DNA from: an uncultured delta proteobacterium
Lineage (GTDB): Bacteria; Bdellovibrionota; FAC87; UBA2466
Direction: 5' to 3'
DNA length: 64,000 bases
Assembly (NCBI GenBank): GCA_963778115.1
Contig: CAVZSV010000004.1
Span: forward strand, 2,916,658-2,980,657
Part shown: positions 57,502-64,000 of the stretch, one piece after another
How positions within the stretch are numbered: the first letter of the stretch is position 1
Layout: every line of letters starts with the position of its first letter
Program-made: the position numbers and the translations under genes
The notes under the pieces: generated by a model
What the model was told of the DNA's origin: nothing
What the model saw: only the letters and a program-made list of their open reading frames with translations
Database searches by the model: none

Positions 57502-60500
57502 ATGCGAGCTCTACCGAATTCACGCCGTGCCACGTTCGCTCGACACACGAAGGCCGCCCAAGGGACACGGATCAGGAAATGGAGTCGGCAGTTCGTGCTG
57601 GAGCCGCTTGAAACCCGCACTCTGCTGAGCTACACCTTCTCGCTCGCGGGCCAGACCGCGACCGTGAGCCCTGTCGGTGCGACCGGCGGGCCGATCCTCA
57701 TTGACGAGGTCGTGGTCGGAGTCAACCCGCTCCTCGAATGGAGCCAGGACAACGGCACGACCTTCTCGACCGACTGGGATTCGGCGACCCCTGGCACCCA
57801 GACCCTGGCCGCGAACTCGTCGTCGGTCATCGACCTGACGCCGTCCACCGGCGCGGGTTCGGCGATCACCCTCGGCGACCTGACGAGCGCGGCGAGCAAC
57901 ATCTACGCCCTCTTCCACCTCGGCCCGGTCGGGACACCGGCGAATGTCTCGCTGACCATTGACGACCGGTCGAGCACCCACGCGGCGGGGTCCTACGACT
58001 TCTTCGCCACCCTGGGCGATATCACCGGCCCAGGTGGCGCGTCGGGTGGGATCAACCTCACGTCGTTCGGACCGGTCAATTCGTATCTCGTCGAGGGCGG
58101 TCCGGCCGCCAATACCTTCAACATCCACTCGACATTCACCACCCCCACCACCGAGACCACGATCATCGGCGGTGCCGGCAACGATACGGCGAACGTGCTG
58201 GGTGACACGAACCCGGCCATCGGCTCACCGCTATCGATCGACCTCGGGGGCGGCACGAACACGGTCCACGTCGGCACTGGCAACATCAGCGGGACGAACC
58301 GCGCCCCGGTGACAGTCGACGACTCCGGCGGCACGACCACGCTCGACCTGGACGATGCGGCCGACACCACAGCCACCACTGCCACGATCACATCGTCGGC
58401 CGTGAATATCGGGAGTGCCGGCGCGATCAATTATGGCTCCAGCGTGACGGCCCTGAACATCTTCGGCGGCGATCCCGCAGGCGGTGTCACCTACAACATC
58501 AACGGCACGGCCGCCGCAACGACGACCACGATCAACGGCGGGCTAACCAGAACACCCTCAATCTCAGCAATGCGGTCCTTTCGGGGGGCCTCGACAACTT
58601 GCCCGGCCCGGTCGTCGTGAACGGCGGCACGAGTGGGACCGATGTCGTCACCCTCGAGGACTCATCCGCAAACTTTAACGATACCTACATAGTTCTACAG
58701 CGGAAGGTATTTTGACGCCGTTGACAAACCCGATACAATCCGAAAGGTAGCGCTTGACTGACGAACCGGTACGTCATCCGATGAGGCTGCTGTCAGGAGA
58801 GGCCCTCCATGACCCCGGACGACGTGCGCGCCGCTGCGGAGCGGCTGACTCAGTTCCACCAGCGGTTCGCTCCCTGCTTCGGCAAGGATGAGGCCCAGAA
58901 CCATGCCTACGTTTATGTGAAAGGTCTGATGACCTGCCCCGACCGCAAGAGCATCGAACCCATCGCCCTGCTCCTGGGCGGCGGCCGGGTCTCGGCCTTG
59001 CAGAAATTCATCAACAGCGCCCCCTGGGATCACGACGAGATCCAGACCGAGGTCCAGGCGGTCTTCGCCGACGACCTGGTCCCCACCACCGCGGCCAGTG
59101 CCGTGGGTGTCGTCGGGGTCATCGACGAGAGCGGCTTCACCAAGAAAGGCGACCACAGTGCCGGCGTCAACCGGCAACACAACGGCCGCTTGGGCAAGGA
59201 AGACAACTGCCAGGTCGGGGTCTTCTTGGTCGGCGCGGCGCCCGCCGGCACGGCCCTGTTGGATCATCGATTGTACTTGCCCGAGTCGTGGTGCGAGGAC
59301 AACGAAGCCGGCCGGGACCGCCGGGCCAAAGCCCATATCCCCGAGGCGGTCGCCTTCCAGACCAAGCCCCAGATCGCCGCGGATTTGGTCCGGCGCACCG
59401 TGGCCACGGACTCGGTCCGGTTGGACTGGATCACGGCCGACGAGCTCTATGGTCGCAATGGGGAGTTCCTCGACGAGTTGGAGGCGCTGGAGCGGCGCTA
59501 TGTGGTCGAAGTCCCGGTGACGACCACAGTGTGGACCCAGGACCCGGCGAGTTGCGTCCCCGCGTACTCGGGCCGTGGGCGCGTGCCGACGTTGCCCGGT
59601 CGGGAATCGGTGCGATCGGTGGTCGACGTGATCTCGGACCTGGAACCCGGCCGGTGGCAGCGGTTGTGTGTGGGCCGCGGGGCCAAGTGGCCGCTGGTCT
59701 ACGATTTCGCCGCCGTCCGGGCCTGGGCGGTGCGTCATGGTCGAGCGGGTGCACCGGTCTGGGTGTTGGTCCGACGGTCGTTGGAAGCGAAGCCCGAGGT
59801 GAAGTACTACATCAGCAACGGCGACGAACAGACCCCGCTGGAGGTCCTGGCCCGAGTGGCGTGCGCGGCATCGGGTCGAGGAGTTCCTCGAGGATGCCAA
59901 GAGCTACCTGGGGATGGCGCAGTACGAGACGCGGTCGTGGATCGGGTGGCACCATCACATGAGTTTGGTGGCCATGGCCCATCTGTTCATCACCTTGGCT
60001 CGGGTCAACCTTCAAGAAAAAACGCCGGAACTGACGCTGGACCGAACGGTTCGCTTGCTATGGAGCGCGCTGGGGATTCCGACGCTGAGCGTGGAGGCAG
60101 CGATTGAGTTGGTCAACTATCATATCAATCGCAACCAGATCGCCAGCAATTCGCACATGAAATCATGGATGCTTAAGCACGGAAATCGAGGCGAGAAATT
60201 CGTTCCGCTGTAGAAATAGTCACCTCAACGACCGTAAGCCGACCCGATTCGGTGGCCTCACCTACGGTAGCAACATCGGCACGCTGACCCTGAACGCCGA
60301 GAACAACCTCGGCACCAACGGCAACAACACGATCGACATCAACAGCACGGCCACTTCCGTCACGACCAACATCAACGGCCAGGGCGGCGATCGACACGGT
60401 CAACGTCACCACGGCACCGGCACTCGGCGGTACGCTGAATGTCTCGGAAGGGACGACCGACGGCAGCACGGTGAACGTGGTCGCCGACAACGAGCCGGTC

Positions 60501-62705
60501 AATATCAGCTCTCGATAGCTTGGGATCTCACGGACGTCGTCAACATCGGCTCGACCGGCGGGCGCCGGCACGATGGAGGGCATCCTGGGCGCGATCAACA
60601 TCCTCGACCAGCCTGGATTCTTCACCCTGACCTTCCACGATGAGAACGACACGACCGGCCACACCTGGACGCTCGAACAACGACGACAATACCAATGGCA
60701 TCGCTGGGCCTGGCGACCGTGCGCTGAGCGGCGGGATCGCGACGACGACCTACCGGCCGGGCGACCTGAACTCGCCAATGACGATCGACGGCGGCAGCGG
60801 CGGCAACACGTTCGACGTGAACAATACGACCAGCCTGGTGGACACGACCTCGATACCGCCGGGGACGACACGGTCAACGTGTTCGCGACAGGCACTCTGA
60901 TCGACCGACCGGCGACGATACCGTCAACGTGTTCGCCACCGGGACGAGTACGCTCAATATCCACGGCCAGGCCGGGTCAGGACGCGGTCACGCTGGGCGC
61001 GAGCAACTCGGCCCCGCTGGGCATGCAGGGCCTGAACGGCACCATCAATGTCGATAACAGCGCTGGGTTTCACGGCCCTGACGCTGGACGACTCGCAGGA
61101 TACGACCGGCCGACCGCCTCGATGACCGAGACGGCACGAGCGGGACCGTCACCGGGCTCTCGCCGGCCACATCAACTACACCGACGCCGACATGAGCAGC
61201 CTGACCGTCAGACGGCGGTTCGGGCGGCAACACATTCACGATCAAGGTACCCTAGTCGATTCGGCTTACGTGCCCACCCCGACGATTCTCAACACCGGTA
61301 CGGGCGACGATGCGACCAACGTCCTGGCGACCAATGCCGGGGGCTACGCCTGGCGATCCACGGTCAAGCGGGTCGGACGCGGTCATCATCGGGAACGCCG
61401 GCAGCGTGGCGGACATCCTGGGTGCGATCACGATCGACAACACCGGCGGACTCACGGGCTTGACGGTCGACGCCTCGCCCGTCTCGCCCGACCAGACCAG
61501 CCACGATTTCACGCTCGCCGGTGGCGGCAACTCAGAGCAGTCTGACTCAGGCTTACCCTGGGGACCATCACCTATACGACGGCCGAGATCAGTTCGCTAA
61601 CCATCGACACGGACCCTCTCGGCAACCAGAGTTGAACCTCGATTTCTCCAGCGGCAATCCGATCCCCACTTCCTCCAACTCGATCGACGCGAACGCCGTA
61701 ATCCCCAATACGCCATCCCCCTCCTCGCCCGGCTTGATCTTCAACGCGGGGGCCGATGCGAGTAGCGCCTCGAATAGCCACGTCATGAACCTGTCCGGGA
61801 TGCTTCCCTCAGGCCCGTTTGTCGCCGAGACGCACAACGCCAACGATCCTACCGTCTCTCCCGCCGTCGGTCAGTACGGCTCCATCTTCTTGACCGACAG
61901 GCAGGCATCGACCACGAGCCTCGACTACACCGGACTCCAGCCGATCAACGACACGGCCAGCGACGGTCCCTACACGTTCAACGACTTCGCCGACGATCAG
62001 TCGTTCACGGCCCAGGACGGCCCGACGGTTCTCGGCCTCGCAACACATCCAGTTCGCCAATACCCCGGTCTCGGGGCCGCCGACCTTCGAGACGACGAAC
62101 GTCGCCAACAAGACCGAACGTCGTCTTCAATACACCGTTCACGGGTACACCGCTGGGCATCGATCGGGGTCGTTAACATCCCGATGGCAACGACCAGCCT
62201 TGCGACCCTCGCATTCAACACGCCCACGGATGGCGACAATATGGTCGCGTTCACCGCAACCCCGTCGGGCGTCGACACCTCGCTCGTCGGCGGTACGGAC
62301 GAGGACGTGACGAACGTCAGCGGCCTGGTGTCGCGGTCGGCACGACGCTCGTCCTCAACGGCGGCGCCGGCACCAACACGCTGAACTACGACGCGGGCGG
62401 CTTGATGCCGACGATCACGCCCGGCCTCTTCCCGGGCGAGGTGCTCATCACCATCCTCGGAGCTGGGACGGTCGACGCACTCAATTACCAGCAGTTCAAT
62501 GTCAACGATACGGCGGCGATCGCTCCGAAGGCCGGCCTGCCGGGCACGATCAACAGCATCGAAGACTTCCAGCTCGTCGATGCGCTCGTCGGGACGTTCA
62601 CGTTTCCGCTCGCGAGCCTGTTCCCGGTGGAGGTGACCGCACCAGCTGGCCTGCCCGCGACTGACTTCACGGCGACAATCCACTGGGGCGACGGCACCAT
62701 CAGCT
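57502..62705 (+). pseudogene. Large planctomycete extracellular adhesin-like protein, interrupted by IS701 and cut at junction
   Basis: LEPLETRTLLS motif, Thr/Gly/Asn/Asp-rich GNDT.NV repeats, ATIHWGDGT; removing the IS restores DTYIVTSTTVSR. Confidence 0.85.
58693..60215 (+). mobile_element. IS701 family element, copy 2
   Basis: Same TIRs as copy 1; ATAG duplication on both sides; transposase 58809-60213. Confidence 0.96.
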
Positions 62706-63065
62706 AGATTCTTATAGTTCAAATATTGGTCTAAAAGGCCGTTCATAACGTATGTCAACATTCTAGGCCATTGTTTTGCCCCCTTGCCACACTTCGTTAC
62801 CCCCCCCTCTTAAAAATTATGTAACACTATGAGATAACCCCCTCCCAAATTTTGCGATTTTCTGCGCAACTCGTGTGTTTTTCAGGACAAAAATTTCTTT
62901 GCGTTCGCTGGAGCCCCACAAATATCTTTTGCGCTTTGCAAGCAAAAAAGGATGCGTCGTCGCACATGACCATAACCCCCTCCCCCTGTCGCACATTGTC
63001 ACACTTCGCCACCCCCCGCCTGTCGCAAATAGGTTGTTTAATTTGAGGAATATGCTAGATTAAGG
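62706..63065. other. AT-rich non-coding fragment, eukaryote-like repeat DNA
   Basis: Abrupt GC drop, poly-C tracts, repeated cacacttcg..ccccc and ataaccccctccc, no credible ORF. Confidence 0.5.
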
Positions 63066-63074
63066 TCATGGTCA

Positions 63075-63351
63075 TGCATCACCTCGAGGCCATCGAAATC
63101 GGGGAGCATGATGTCGAGGACCACGGCGTCTGGGCGGAATTCGCGCCCCGACCTGATCGCCTCGGTGCCGCTCCCCGCGGTCTGCACCGACCAGCCCTCG
63201 TACCGCAGCACGCTGGACAGGAGTTCGGCCAGGCTGGGCTCGTCGTCCACGACAGCACCCGGACCTGGGTGCCATCCGCGTGCTGGGGCGGCGCCGCGGC
63301 CGGCGACGGTGGCACGCTGCTCTGCTCATCTGGCATGATCACATGACTCAT
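63075..63351 (-). CDS. OmpR-family response regulator N-terminus (actinobacterial TcrX/TrcR-like), truncated
   Basis: DGTQVRVL.VDDEPSLAELLSSVLRYEGW..PDAVVLDIMLPDFDGLEV. Confidence 0.85.
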
Positions 63352-63840
63352 TCGTGGACGCTGGAACCGCTGTGTCCGTTAGAGAATGGCAAGTCCAGCG
63401 ACGGGCAACGTGTGAATTAGATATGGATTCCCTCTGAACGCGTTGATCAAGCGCTCAGATCATGCGCTGAGTAGTCGGGCAAGCTTGGATTCGTGGCCGG
63501 CCGGGCCGGCGCCGGCCGCGAGCAGCCGGTCGGCGATTTCGCGTGCATTTATTTTTCATTCGTCACACAAATTCTTGCGGGATCGCGACAAATTCTAAAG
63601 GGGTACGACCCCCCCCCCACGACGCCCTCCGGCAAAATTCTGGCGGGGGGGATCGTAACCCCCCCTTTTCGGGGGGATGTAACCCCCCTTTCCAAGTAGT
63701 TTTGACGCGCCCATGGCGGCCGCAGACAGACGCAGCACTCGGCGCGGTCGCAGGTAAATTATGAGAATTTCGCGCGCATCGCCAGGCACGCGAGATCGCT
63801 GGGCGCGGATTTTGAGCAAAGCGGGCGGAGATTTGCATTC

Positions 63841-63978
63841 TGTTGCAGGGGTAGGAGCATTTTGTGTTTTATTGCGGGGGTAGGGCGGATTTGTCGTTTT
63901 GTTGCGGGGGTAGGGAGGATTTGGCGTTTTGTCGCGGGGGTAGGGGGATTTCGTGTTTTGCTGCGGGGGTATAGGAGC
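63841..63978. repeat. ~30-bp G-rich minisatellite, about 4.5 copies
   Basis: Unit approximately ttgcgggggtagggnggatttnncgttttg. Confidence 0.85.
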
Positions 63979-64000
63979 ACTGGACATTTTATGTTTTATT

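Noticed and set aside
62703..63061. 8-bp GCTAGATT direct repeat as a target-site duplication around the AT-rich segment
   Set aside because: Removing the segment joins two unrelated truncated genes and restores neither; no TIRs seen
63841..63978. CRISPR array
   Set aside because: Head-to-tail tandem units with no spacers

Overview
The window is not one continuous genome; it looks like at least five joined pieces. (1) 1-~13120 is moderate-GC DNA, probably from a Bdellovibrionota/Myxococcota-like organism. It carries yebC-ruvC-ruvA-ruvB, a SAM hydroxide adenosyltransferase, an outer-membrane barrel, an AglR/Q/S-like ExbB-ExbD-ExbD motor, an M1 aminopeptidase, MazG, a sigma54-preceded small ORF plus ABC exporter, and an AsnB cut off at the junction. 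(2) ~13120-62705 is high-GC planctomycete (Isosphaeraceae-like) DNA with dense 1-2 bp indels even in groEL, pyrF and ribF, which points to long-read error. It begins with a conflict/defence island integrated at tRNA-Pro(GGG): GAP1-N2/M protein plus partner, Type III RM Res-GxxExxY-Mod, a GNAT with a translationally coupled partner, an HTH gene and a tyrosine integrase. Core genes follow: pyrF, a giant membrane protein, DUF1570, ECF sigma plus Ser/Thr kinase, ribF, MoxR plus a YehM-like protein flanking a STAS-FHA-STAS gene, DUF502, Uma2 and groESL with a sigma54 promoter. Two IS701 copies with nTAG target duplications are present, one disrupting a large adhesin. (3-5) 62706-64000 holds short fragments: AT-rich eukaryote-like repeat DNA, an actinobacterial response-regulator 5' end, and a G-rich 30-bp minisatellite. 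The best candidates for under-described systems are the GNAT-partner pair, the GAP1 module with a low-GC variable C-terminus, the MoxR/YehM-like pair, and the integrase whose stop codon lies inside the tRNA. Family calls come from motif recognition, not database searches, and the ends of frameshifted genes are approximate.
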